Shown: positions 1-8,892 of the stretch, in pieces | How positions within the stretch are numbered: position 1 is the stretch's first letter | Layout of the letters: each line of letters begins with the position of its first letter | DNA from: Fibrobacteria bacterium | GTDB lineage: Bacteria > Fibrobacterota > Fibrobacteria > UBA11236 | Reading direction: 5' to 3' | Length of the DNA stretch: 64,000 bases | NCBI GenBank assembly: GCA_041746255.1 | Contig: JBGTHM010000115.1 | Span: 32,001-96,000 of the forward strand | Notes under the pieces: model-generated | Told to the model about the DNA's origin: nothing | Database searches by the model: none | What the model saw: only the letters and a program-made list of their open reading frames with translations | Made by a program: the position numbers and the translations under genes

Positions 1-564
1 ATGACGGGGAAAATCGCAGCGGAGTTCCGTTCCCAATTGTCGAGGTGGAAATTCAATTACCAGCGCAGCGCTAACATTTTGAGCTGGCTGGCCGAAAGCT
101 ATCCCCATTTCACGGACGAAAATTTCACCATTTTGAACGAGAAGGATCCGGATAAACCGTTGATCATGTTACTGAAGTACCGGCATAAATTCCTTTTCCA
201 GGCGCATATGGAGGAATTCGTGCACTACCCCAAACTGGAGTTGAGTTTTCTGCGCTATCCCAAACCCCAGTCCCGTAAAGCCCCCATCTATATTCCCCAT
301 GAAGTGGAAATAAATTCCCAATGGATTTACCGCATTCCCAGCGGTTATGCCTGGAGGTCGCTATCGTTGGACCGTGAATTTTCAGGCCGGAATCTGCATT
401 GGAAATTGTCGATTAACCACGCGAAACCGGAAGAAATCCTGATCTTGCAGAATTGGCAGGTTTCTCCCTTTCTGGCCTCGCCCGACGAATACGAGGCGAT
501 ACGTAAGGAGTGGGACTCGATTCTGGGTAGTGCTGAGCTCAAATTGATGTTAGTCCGCAAATAA
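1..564 (+). CDS. 3' part of a larger protein, probably DUF3857/transglutaminase-like (DUF3858-type C-terminus); 5' end likely outside window
   Basis: ORF open from base 1. Ends with beta-rich segments and '[15 protein letters not shown]...LMLVRK', like C-termini of DUF3857/3858 proteins. Confidence 0.45.
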   Translation: MTGKIAAEFRSQLSRWKFNYQRSANILSWLAESYPHFTDENFTILNEKDPDKPLIMLLKYRHKFLFQAHMEEFVHYPKLELSFLRYPKPQSRKAPIYIPHEVEINSQWIYRIPSGYAWRSLSLDREFSGRNLHWKLSINHAKPEEILILQNWQVSPFLASPDEYEAIRKEWDSILGSAELKLMLVRK

Positions 565-685
565 GCGGTTTTCCCACACCCGGATAAGCCACCCCGCCGC
601 GCGCTTTTCTCCCCCGCCCAGACCAGGTATTCCCCGCGAATTTTTACCTTTGCTCCTATTCAGAAAAATCATTCGGGAAGGACTC

Positions 686-2365
686 ATGACCACTCCATTG
701 AACAAATTCAGTTCGCGCCTCACCCAAAACGTGGACCAGCCCGGCTCCAAAGCCATGTTGTACGCCCTGGGACTTAGCGACGACGATATGCAAAAGGCCC
801 AGGTCGGCATCGCCTCCACGGGTTACGAGGGCAACCCCTGCAACATGCACCTTAACGATTTGGCCAAGCATATCAAGGGCGGCGTGCAGGAAGCGGGTCT
901 GCTCGGCCTCATCTTCCATACCATCGGGGTGAGCGACGGCATTTCCATGGGTACCGAAGGCATGAACTATTCCCTGCAATCGCGTGACCTGATTGCCGAT
1001 TCCATCGAAACCGTAATGGCTTCGATGTGGTATGACGCCAATATTTCGGTAGTGGGATGCGACAAGAACATGCCGGGTTCGGTGATGGCCATGGGAAGGA
1101 TTAACCGGCCTTCCATCATGGTTTATGGCGGCACCATTTTACCGGGTCATCTCGACGGCAAAACGCTGGACGTGGTTTCGGCCTTCGAAGCCTATGGAGA
1201 ATATCTCTCCGGAGCGAAAACCGAAGCCGAGGTGAACGAAGTCTTGAAGCATGCCTGTCCGGGCCAAGGCGCCTGCGGCGGCATGTACACGGCCAATACC
1301 ATGGCCTCGGCCATCGAAACCCTGGGTCTCACCCTTCCCTATGGCTCATCGAGCCCGGCGGTAAGCGATGAAAAATTCCGCGAATGCCTAAGGGCGGGAG
1401 CGGCCATCCGCGTATTGCTGGAAAGGGATATCAAACCGCGCGACATCATGACGCGCCAAGCCTTCGAAAATGCCATGGTGATTGTCATGGCTCTGGGCGG
1501 CTCCACCAATGCCGTGCTTCACCTCATCGCCATGGCCAAATCCGTCGACGTGAAACTCACCATCGACGATTTCCAGAAAACCAGCGACCGAACTCCCTTT
1601 ATCGCCGACTTGAAGCCCAGCGGCAAATTCGTGATGGAGGATTTGCACAAAGTCGGAGGCGTGCCCGCCGTACAGAAACTCCTGCTCAAAGAAGGCTTGC
1701 TCACGGGCGATTGCCTCACCGTAACCGGAAAAACCCTGGCGGAAAACCTGGAGGATTTACCGGGTTTAACCGCAGGACAAAAAATCATTTATCCCCTGAG
1801 CCAACCCATCAAGGCTTCCGGGCATTTGCGCATCCTCTATGGAAACCTGGCTCCCAAGGGCGCCGTCGCCAAGATCACGGGTAAAGAAGGGCTTTCCTTT
1901 ACCGGCCCCGCACGCGTGTTCGAATCGGAAGAAGAATGCATCCTGGCTTTGGAGCAAAAACGCATCCGGGCCGGCGACGTGGCCGTCATTCGTTACGAAG
2001 GCCCCAAGGGCGGTCCGGGCATGAGTGAAATGCTCAAGGTCACTTCCGCCATCATGGGCGCGGGACTGGGAAAATCGGTGGCTTTGCTCACCGACGGCCG
2101 CTTTTCCGGAGGCACGCATGGATTCGTTGTCGGGCATATCACGCCTGAAGCCCAGGAAGGAGGAACCATCGGCTTATTGGTCGACGGCGACGTAATCACC
2201 ATCGACGCCGTGAAAAATTCTTTGGAAGTGGATCTCACCGAGGCGGATTTGGCCGAGCGGCGCAAAAGTTGGAAGGCTCCTCCCTATAAGGCGGTGAAGG
2301 GGACGTTGTACAAATACATCAAAACCGTGAGCCCCGCCTCCGAAGGTTGCGTCACCGACGCCTGA
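686..2365 (+). CDS. ilvD: Dihydroxy-acid dehydratase
   Basis: Motifs [55 protein letters not shown] at 686 follows AAGGA. Confidence 0.97.
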   Translation: MTTPLNKFSSRLTQNVDQPGSKAMLYALGLSDDDMQKAQVGIASTGYEGNPCNMHLNDLAKHIKGGVQEAGLLGLIFHTIGVSDGISMGTEGMNYSLQSRDLIADSIETVMASMWYDANISVVGCDKNMPGSVMAMGRINRPSIMVYGGTILPGHLDGKTLDVVSAFEAYGEYLSGAKTEAEVNEVLKHACPGQGACGGMYTANTMASAIETLGLTLPYGSSSPAVSDEKFRECLRAGAAIRVLLERDIKPRDIMTRQAFENAMVIVMALGGSTNAVLHLIAMAKSVDVKLTIDDFQKTSDRTPFIADLKPSGKFVMEDLHKVGGVPAVQKLLLKEGLLTGDCLTVTGKTLAENLEDLPGLTAGQKIIYPLSQPIKASGHLRILYGNLAPKGAVAKITGKEGLSFTGPARVFESEEECILALEQKRIRAGDVAVIRYEGPKGGPGMSEMLKVTSAIMGAGLGKSVALLTDGRFSGGTHGFVVGHITPEAQEGGTIGLLVDGDVITIDAVKNSLEVDLTEADLAERRKSWKAPPYKAVKGTLYKYIKTVSPASEGCVTDA

Positions 2366-2373
2366 GAATTGCC

Positions 2374-3558
2374 ATGCAGCCATTAAGCGCCCGGTCACAG
2401 GGACTGAAGCCCTCGCAAACAGTGGCCATCGATACACGCTATAAGGAGCTGAAATCCCAGGGCGCGGATATCATCAGCCTGGCGGCGGGTGAACCGGATT
2501 TCGATACACCCGAAGGCGCAAAAAACGCGGCCATCGATTCCATTCGGGGGGGCTTGACCAAGTATACGGCCGTAACCGGCTTGCCGGAATTGCGTAAAGC
2601 GCTCTCCATCCATTTACAGGAAAGCCGCGGCGTGGCTTATTCACCCGAAGAAATCGTGGTTTCCGGCGGGGCCAAAACCTGCGTGTTCAACGCCTTGCAG
2701 GCCCTATGCGATGCCGGCGACGAAGTGTTGGTTCCTTCGCCCTACTGGGTGACCTATCCGGAGTTGGTGCGTTTTGTAGGCGGCGTACCGGTGATTCTGC
2801 CGACATCGCCCGCATCCGGTTTCAAAATCTCCGCCGCTCAATTACGCGACGCCCTTACTCCTCGCAGTAAGGCTCTGATGCTTAATTCTCCCAGCAATCC
2901 CACGGGGGCGATGTATACTGAAGATGAGTTGGGTGAGATCGCGGAAGTGCTGGTGGAGAATGACCTGTACTGCATATCGGATGAGATTTACGGAAGCCTT
3001 TGCTACGGGGATGCCCACCACACCAGTCCCGCGGCGGTAAGTTCAGACATGCGGGAGCGCACCCTGCTCATCGACGGCTTTTCCAAAAGCCATGCCATGA
3101 CGGGATGGCGACTGGGTTTTCTCGCCGCCCCCCTATCCATCGCCCGTACGGTGGCAAGCATTCAAAGCCAAACCACGCACCACCCGGCCAACGCCTCGCA
3201 AATCGCGGGCCTGGCGGCGCTGAAAGACGGCGGCGCATTTACCCGTGCCATGACCCGGGAATTCACGCAACGCAGAAGTTACGTGCTCGATCGCTTGGCC
3301 GCCCTGCCGGGCGTAAGCGCCTTTCCGCCCCAGGGCGCGTTCTACGTCTTCTTTTCGGTGCGGGAGGCGTTAGCCCGCAAAGGCGGCGTGTCCTCGTTGG
3401 ATTTCTGCCGGTATTTGCTTGAGGAAAAAGGCTTGGCCCTGGTTCCCGGCGAGGGATTCGGCATGGAAGGCTTCGTACGCCTTTCCTTCGCGGCCTCTCC
3501 GGATAATTTACGCCTGGGTCTTGATCGCCTGGAAGCGGGCCTGCAAGATTTCCTATAA
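2374..3558 (+). CDS. PLP-dependent class I aminotransferase (aspartate aminotransferase-like)
   Basis: GEPDF, NSPSNPTG, SDEIY, FSKSHAMTGWRLG (PLP lysine), RLSFA. Confidence 0.93.
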   Translation: MQPLSARSQGLKPSQTVAIDTRYKELKSQGADIISLAAGEPDFDTPEGAKNAAIDSIRGGLTKYTAVTGLPELRKALSIHLQESRGVAYSPEEIVVSGGAKTCVFNALQALCDAGDEVLVPSPYWVTYPELVRFVGGVPVILPTSPASGFKISAAQLRDALTPRSKALMLNSPSNPTGAMYTEDELGEIAEVLVENDLYCISDEIYGSLCYGDAHHTSPAAVSSDMRERTLLIDGFSKSHAMTGWRLGFLAAPLSIARTVASIQSQTTHHPANASQIAGLAALKDGGAFTRAMTREFTQRRSYVLDRLAALPGVSAFPPQGAFYVFFSVREALARKGGVSSLDFCRYLLEEKGLALVPGEGFGMEGFVRLSFAASPDNLRLGLDRLEAGLQDFL

Positions 3559-3615
3559 TTAACCGCATCACAGACCGACGGCGCGGGTTCCGCCGGATGC
3601 GTGGAAAGGACTCGC

Positions 3616-5079
3616 ATGGAATACAGCAGAGTGCAGGATTTCCAGATTCATCCCAATCAACCCGCGCAATTCGCGGGATACCAAATCCTGGAGCATCTGG
3701 GCAAGGGCGGCATGGGCGATGTTTACAAAGCCCTGCAAATCGGCTTGGATAGGACCGTGGCCCTGAAAATCCTGCCTTCCCTCCTCGCCCGTAATCCCCA
3801 ATTTTCCGAACGTTTTTTCTCGGAAGCCTATGCGATTTCACGACTCCAACACCAGAATATCGTAACCATCTACGACTATGGCGAAGAAAATTACCAGAAA
3901 TACATCGCCATGCAATACGTGCAAGGCCCCACATTAAGCCAATTGCTTAAGCAAAACGGTCCGCTCAATTGGCCGCGTATCATCCACATCACCAAGCAAA
4001 TCGGGCGCGGACTCAAATATGCGCATCAAAGCGATATCGTCCATCGCGACATCAAATCCGGCAACATCATGGTGGAGGCGGGAGATCGCGTCTATATCTC
4101 CGACTTCGGCATTGCCAAGGTCATCGACGCCCCCAATATTACGACTACGGGCATGACCATGGGCACACCGGAATATATGGCGCCGGAACAATGCCAGGGC
4201 GGAATCGTAGACGGACAAAGCGACATTTACGGTCTCGGCATCATCCTGTTCGAACTGGTTACGGGAAAGCCTCCCTTTTTGGCCGACACCTCGCTGGCCG
4301 TCGCCTTCAAGCAAGTTCACGAAGCGCCGCCGCTGCTCAGCCAAATCAGGCGCGACATACCGCCCCGGCTGGAACTCATCGTGGCCAAGTGCCTGAAAAA
4401 AGATAAGGCCGACCGCTATAAAAATGCCGATGAATTATTACACGATCTCGACTCGGTGGATAAGCCCTCCCCTATTCAGGTAGATGTTCCCGCCGCCCCG
4501 AGCAACCAGCGTATTACCGACCGCCGGGAAATGCCCCGGCGACGGGGGCTGACACCGCAAATCCGTCGGCGGGTGGAATTCCTTCAACCCGTATTGATAG
4601 TCATCTTGTTTCTGGGTCTGGCCTATGCCTGGATTCGCCCCACGGCGAACCCCGGCTTACACCTTGCCTCGCCAGTAGCCGCGGAAGGAAAAATATTTTC
4701 CGACGGTGTCGGCGAATATCCCCCGCAACTAGCGGTCGATGGAGACCCCACCACCGCTTGGGTAACCCTTCCTTTGAACGTAACCGCGGATGCGGAGTTA
4801 CGCCTGCCGGTGCCCCCAGGACATTTACTGATGGGAATCACCCTGGAGGTGGGACCGGCGGGAGAAAGCACCGGCATCCTGCTCGGCGCCCCATCCCGGG
4901 TAATCGTCGGGTTACGGGGGGAAGAGCCGCGCCCGTTTGATTTACTCGCCACATCCGCTCCACAATACCTTCCCTTGTCTGGTTCGACCTCAGGCGATGT
5001 GTCCCTGCGTTTCGAAGCTCCGGAAAATTCGCCGCCTCTGGCGGTACGCGAACTGCGCCTGGCCCTGCTCCCGCTCTGA
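3616..5079 (+). CDS. Hanks-type Ser/Thr kinase with one TM helix and an extracytoplasmic discoidin/F5/8-like domain
   Basis: LGKGGMG, VALK, HRDIKSGN, DFG, GTPEYMAPE. TM 'VLIVILFLGLAYAWI'. 'AVDGDPTTAW' discoidin-like motif. AAGGA precedes ATG 3616. Confidence 0.9.
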   Translation: MEYSRVQDFQIHPNQPAQFAGYQILEHLGKGGMGDVYKALQIGLDRTVALKILPSLLARNPQFSERFFSEAYAISRLQHQNIVTIYDYGEENYQKYIAMQYVQGPTLSQLLKQNGPLNWPRIIHITKQIGRGLKYAHQSDIVHRDIKSGNIMVEAGDRVYISDFGIAKVIDAPNITTTGMTMGTPEYMAPEQCQGGIVDGQSDIYGLGIILFELVTGKPPFLADTSLAVAFKQVHEAPPLLSQIRRDIPPRLELIVAKCLKKDKADRYKNADELLHDLDSVDKPSPIQVDVPAAPSNQRITDRREMPRRRGLTPQIRRRVEFLQPVLIVILFLGLAYAWIRPTANPGLHLASPVAAEGKIFSDGVGEYPPQLAVDGDPTTAWVTLPLNVTADAELRLPVPPGHLLMGITLEVGPAGESTGILLGAPSRVIVGLRGEEPRPFDLLATSAPQYLPLSGSTSGDVSLRFEAPENSPPLAVRELRLALLPL

Positions 5080-5080
5080 A

Positions 5081-5476
5081 ATGACGGTCTTGCGCGAAAA
5101 CCATAAGCAACTGGGCGCGCGCGGCGAAGCCCTGGCTCTTGAGCATTTGCTGGGCAAGGGCTACCGCTTGCGCGAAAAGAATTTCCGCAACCGCGCGGGC
5201 GAAATCGATCTGATCGTGGATTCGCCCGAGGGCACCCTGGTATTCGTGGAGGTGAAAACCGACCGCTCCGGCCAGGCGGGAATCCCCGAAGGCTGGGTGC
5301 AGGCCAAAAAAATGCGCCAACTGCAAAGACTGGCCCAACGTTTTTGCCATGAAAGAGGGCAGACGGAGCGGGACATGCGTTTCGACGTAGTGGGCATCAG
5401 CCTGCGTGAGAACGGTGCTCCCGAAATCCGCCACCTCGAAAATGCCTTTTTACCAGACGCCTCGGGCTATTATTGA
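5081..5476 (+). CDS. yraN: YraN family (UPF0102) nuclease-like protein
   Basis: LGARGE, GEIDLI, LVFVEVK, MRFDVV, HLENAF. Confidence 0.9.
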   Translation: MTVLRENHKQLGARGEALALEHLLGKGYRLREKNFRNRAGEIDLIVDSPEGTLVFVEVKTDRSGQAGIPEGWVQAKKMRQLQRLAQRFCHERGQTERDMRFDVVGISLRENGAPEIRHLENAFLPDASGYY

Positions 5477-5587
5477 AACGCGGCGCATACCCCATCGTCG
5501 TCCCGCCGAAATTTATATTTTCCCCGCAGCGTGGCCCGAAACGCGTCGACGCCCGCTTCAATGAAAAGGTTCTACCGGAATTTACCC

Positions 5588-6205
5588 ATGCCAACAGCCA
5601 CTCGCATCGAATTGCACCCGGTAACTCCGCAGTCACGCTTCATCCGGCGCATCCATGAAATCCTGGAGAAAGACGGGCTCATCATCTATCCCCTGGACTC
5701 GGGCTATGCCTTGGGCTGCAGCGCCCGCTCGCGCAAGGCCGCCAATCGGCTTTACCAACTGAAGGGCACCCGCACGAAATACCTGACGGCGCTGGTGGCG
5801 GCTGATTTCAGCATGGTCTCGGAGTTCGCTAAAGTAGATAATTATGCTTACCGTTACATGAAGCATATGCTTCCCGGCCCGTATACTTTCATTCTGCCGG
5901 TGGCGCATCAAGGCAAACGCATCCTGGACGTTAACCGGACGGAGGTGGGAATCCGTATGCCCAACAGCGCATTTTTGGCGGCGCTTTACGAAATTGATCC
6001 TTCGCTGGTGTTGCTGGCCACATCCGCGCGCGTCTCGGACGAGGAGGCGATTCAGGACCCTGATGATATTGAAGCCAAATATGCCGGGCAGGTGGATGCT
6101 ATTGTCGACATGGGGCCCATACCGGTGCAGCCGACTACGATTATTTCGCTTGTGGGTGGGCAGCCGGAAGTCTTGCGTGAGGGTGCGGGTCCGATTCCAG
6201 GTTGA
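5588..6205 (+). CDS. Sua5/YrdC/YciO family protein (threonylcarbamoyl-AMP synthase-like, YciO-type)
   Basis: LHPVTPQ, YPLDSGYALGC, LPGPYTFIL, VGIRMP, ATSA, PTTII, LREGAG. Confidence 0.85.
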   Translation: MPTATRIELHPVTPQSRFIRRIHEILEKDGLIIYPLDSGYALGCSARSRKAANRLYQLKGTRTKYLTALVAADFSMVSEFAKVDNYAYRYMKHMLPGPYTFILPVAHQGKRILDVNRTEVGIRMPNSAFLAALYEIDPSLVLLATSARVSDEEAIQDPDDIEAKYAGQVDAIVDMGPIPVQPTTIISLVGGQPEVLREGAGPIPG

Positions 6206-6244
6206 ATAGCATTCGGTGGGATGGGCTCAATTGTGCTTGTGGAG

Positions 6245-6440
6245 ACGGCGCTGCGGTCCGGCTCCCCAGGCCGGGGAGATTTTTCCGGCACGCTCCGCCC
6301 ATTCCGCTTTGCGATGCGGTTGCCGACGCAACTCGCCCGCTTCGCGGGCTCAGACAGGCGCCGGTCAACCTTCGCAAAGCGGGGGCTTCGCTGACGCCTC
6401 CAAAATCGCCTCGGCAGGGGCCTCCGGTCCGCAGCGGTGT
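6245..6440. repeat. ~195-bp nested imperfect palindrome (REPIN/MITE-like intergenic element)
   Basis: Paired arms cgctgcgg (6249)/ccgcagcg (6429), gatttt/aaaatc, ccgctttgcga (6304-6314)/tcgcaaagcgg (6372-6382), ggttg/caacc. Apical hairpin gcccgc-ttc-gcgggc lies inside aactc...tcagaca. Confidence 0.7.
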
Positions 6441-6524
6441 TTGCGTGGCACCGGCCTTTTTGTCGCTATCGGAATCGGGGGTATCCTTGTAGTTTGTGGC
6501 CCCGCGTTATTTGGAGTGCCGACC

Positions 6525-7907
6525 ATGAAATTTTATGCCTCTGCCATACTATGCTTATCCCTTTTGTTTTCTCCCGGGCTTATCCAGGCGGAGTTCGCCC
6601 ATCCCGGGCTCTTTCTCGACTCCGCGGAAATCGCCTCCATCCGTTCTCGCGTCGATTCCGGTGAGCAACCTTGGAAGCAAGGCTATGATGCTCTCATCAA
6701 GGAGGCTGACGCCGCTTTACAGCAGAGCGACCTCAGCGTCACGTTCCAGGGGTCGAAGGGAAATGACTATTTCACTGAACAACCCTATTGCGGTTGGTCT
6801 ACGACCAATAGCCCTTGTGGAACGTCTTGCTGCGACGGGAAAATCAATCCCCAGGCCGACCGCGCCGATTATAAATCCGTTTCCGATTTAAGCCGCAGCG
6901 TAAGAACACTGGGTTTGGCCTATGCGCTATCGGGCGAATCGCGCTATGCCGATAAAGCCGTAACCCTGTTACGCGCCTGGTTTATCGCTCCCGCGACGCG
7001 TATGAATCCGAAAATCACCAATAACCAGTCGCAAATCGAGCTTTACATCACCATTCCGGGGATTTATTACGGTGCGGATTTGATATGGCACCATTCGGGA
7101 TGGTCGGAAAAGGAGCGTGAGGATTTCCAGGCTTGGACCGCGACATTTATGCAAGACGTTAAAGCGAGATCGCATGGAACCAACTACGAGAATTGGCGTT
7201 TGGTGCTGCTTAGCGCAGGTGCTTATATCGGTGGAGATTCTGCTCTGCTCGACGTGGCTTTCGAAACCTGGAAAAACAAGATTCGCGACCAGGTAAATGC
7301 CAAGGGTGAATTGACGCCCGAATTGGATCGCACCAAGTCCCTTGATTATTCCACTTATGCCCTGAATGCCATGGCGCAAACCGCGGAAATCGCCCGCCAC
7401 CAGGGAATCGATCTCTACAACTATAAACTGAATGACGGGAGAGGCTTGGAATTGGTGCTCGATTACCATGCACCTTTCATCGTGAATCCCGGCAATTGGA
7501 CTCACCCGCAAATCGACGCATACAAAGGGGAAAATGGCGCCATCTATGAATTAGCCTATTCGATATGGCAGAAGCCTGCCTATAAAGCGGTAATCGACAA
7601 GCTGGGCCGTCCGCTTAATGAAATCCGTACCCTGGGGTTGACTACCCTCACCCACTCCTTCGGAATTCAAGGGACGACATCGATTCAAGTGGAGAGTTCT
7701 CTCCCTGGCAGCAAATTTCAGGGGAATAAACTCTTCATAGGCGAAGGAGCTGCGCTTCCACTGCAAGACATGCACAACCCAGCATCGCTACGCGACATGC
7801 AAGGACGTATTTTCCAACCGGGAGAGAAGCCTGCGCGGGGAGTGTTCGTTATACCCGAGGTGGCCGCTCCCGACAGAATCGCAGAACCCGATACCGCGAG
7901 CTATTGA
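6525..7907 (+). CDS. Secreted alginate-lyase-family (PF05426-like, (alpha/alpha) barrel) polysaccharide lyase with short C-terminal tail
   Basis: Signal peptide, FAHPG, LGLAYALSGE.RYA.KA, WF..PATRMNP, ELDRTKSLDYSTYAL. GGAG precedes ATG 6525. Confidence 0.8.
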   Translation: MKFYASAILCLSLLFSPGLIQAEFAHPGLFLDSAEIASIRSRVDSGEQPWKQGYDALIKEADAALQQSDLSVTFQGSKGNDYFTEQPYCGWSTTNSPCGTSCCDGKINPQADRADYKSVSDLSRSVRTLGLAYALSGESRYADKAVTLLRAWFIAPATRMNPKITNNQSQIELYITIPGIYYGADLIWHHSGWSEKEREDFQAWTATFMQDVKARSHGTNYENWRLVLLSAGAYIGGDSALLDVAFETWKNKIRDQVNAKGELTPELDRTKSLDYSTYALNAMAQTAEIARHQGIDLYNYKLNDGRGLELVLDYHAPFIVNPGNWTHPQIDAYKGENGAIYELAYSIWQKPAYKAVIDKLGRPLNEIRTLGLTTLTHSFGIQGTTSIQVESSLPGSKFQGNKLFIGEGAALPLQDMHNPASLRDMQGRIFQPGEKPARGVFVIPEVAAPDRIAEPDTASY

Positions 7908-8776
7908 AAATTGAATCCCAGATTAAAAGCGGTATAATGGATCCAATTCTCGGAATAACCGTCTCCCGGCCCCCTAAAATTCGGGTTATTCGATCGGCTT
8001 CCTCCACCGATATAGCGAATTCCGGCGAAGGGCTGAAAGTAAGGCTTCATGCCCAACCCGAGCCTTAACCCCGCGCCGAGAAAGGTACCTACTCCGTCGT
8101 CATCGCCGTCTATAAAGAATCGCGTGGGCACATAAATACCCTGCGCATCTCCCGCCAGCCAAACCCTTTTTGGAAAAGGGGCACGGAAACGGAAATTAAG
8201 CAAAGGAACCGGACCCATATTTCGGCGCGAACGAAAAAGCGCGCCGTCTAAGGAGGCGAATTCGAAAAGCGCGCGCCGCAATTGCAGGGAAAACCCTAGG
8301 GAAAGTTCCGAACGGGGCGCCTGAAAAAAATCGTAGAGATAGGATAGGCGGTAATAGGGAAAGCTGTACAGCAATCTTACGGGAGTGGCCTCGGGAAAAA
8401 CCAACCCGTCAACGGTCACATCGCGATCGAGGTTCACGCGGGTTTCCAATTCCAACGGCTGGTATAAAAACAGAAATCGGTGCCGTCCCTTCAAACCGAT
8501 TTCCGCTTCATAACGCGCGAAGGGAAATACCAGGTCCTGTCCGCCTTCCTCCACGTAGTCGAAAAGGGTTCCGTTCCCGCCCAGTTGGATTTGATTTTTC
8601 ACGGGGAGCAATAACCCGGCTTCCATCCCCAGCCGGAATTCCACCAGCGAAGGTCTTTCGGCCAACAATAGCGTAGATCCGAAAATTTTCTCCCGCACCC
8701 AATCCAATATCTCGCCGAAATCCTGCGCCTGGGTTCCCGTAGAAAACAACAACATTAACGCCATGCAAAGCTTCAT
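7901..8776 (-). CDS. Putative outer-membrane beta-barrel protein
   Basis: Signal peptide, amphipathic strands, aromatic C-terminal strand 'FNLGFNFQ'. Confidence 0.65.
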   Translation of the reverse strand: MKLCMALMLLFSTGTQAQDFGEILDWVREKIFGSTLLLAERPSLVEFRLGMEAGLLLPVKNQIQLGGNGTLFDYVEEGGQDLVFPFARYEAEIGLKGRHRFLFLYQPLELETRVNLDRDVTVDGLVFPEATPVRLLYSFPYYRLSYLYDFFQAPRSELSLGFSLQLRRALFEFASLDGALFRSRRNMGPVPLLNFRFRAPFPKRVWLAGDAQGIYVPTRFFIDGDDDGVGTFLGAGLRLGLGMKPYFQPFAGIRYIGGGSRSNNPNFRGPGDGYSENWIHYTAFNLGFNFQ

Positions 8777-8892
8777 CAATTCACCCCGTATCCTCGCCTT
8801 ACAGGCAATGCGGGAAAATTAGATTTTCGCAATCTTGAACGCGAGAATTAAAGCCGGAAGTACCCATCACTCCGTAATTTTCCCTAAGGGAT

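Noticed and set aside
6216..6524. N-terminal extension of the lyase ORF and ORF 6202-6492
   Set aside because: They run through the palindromic element. The signal peptide and RBS place the real start at 6525.
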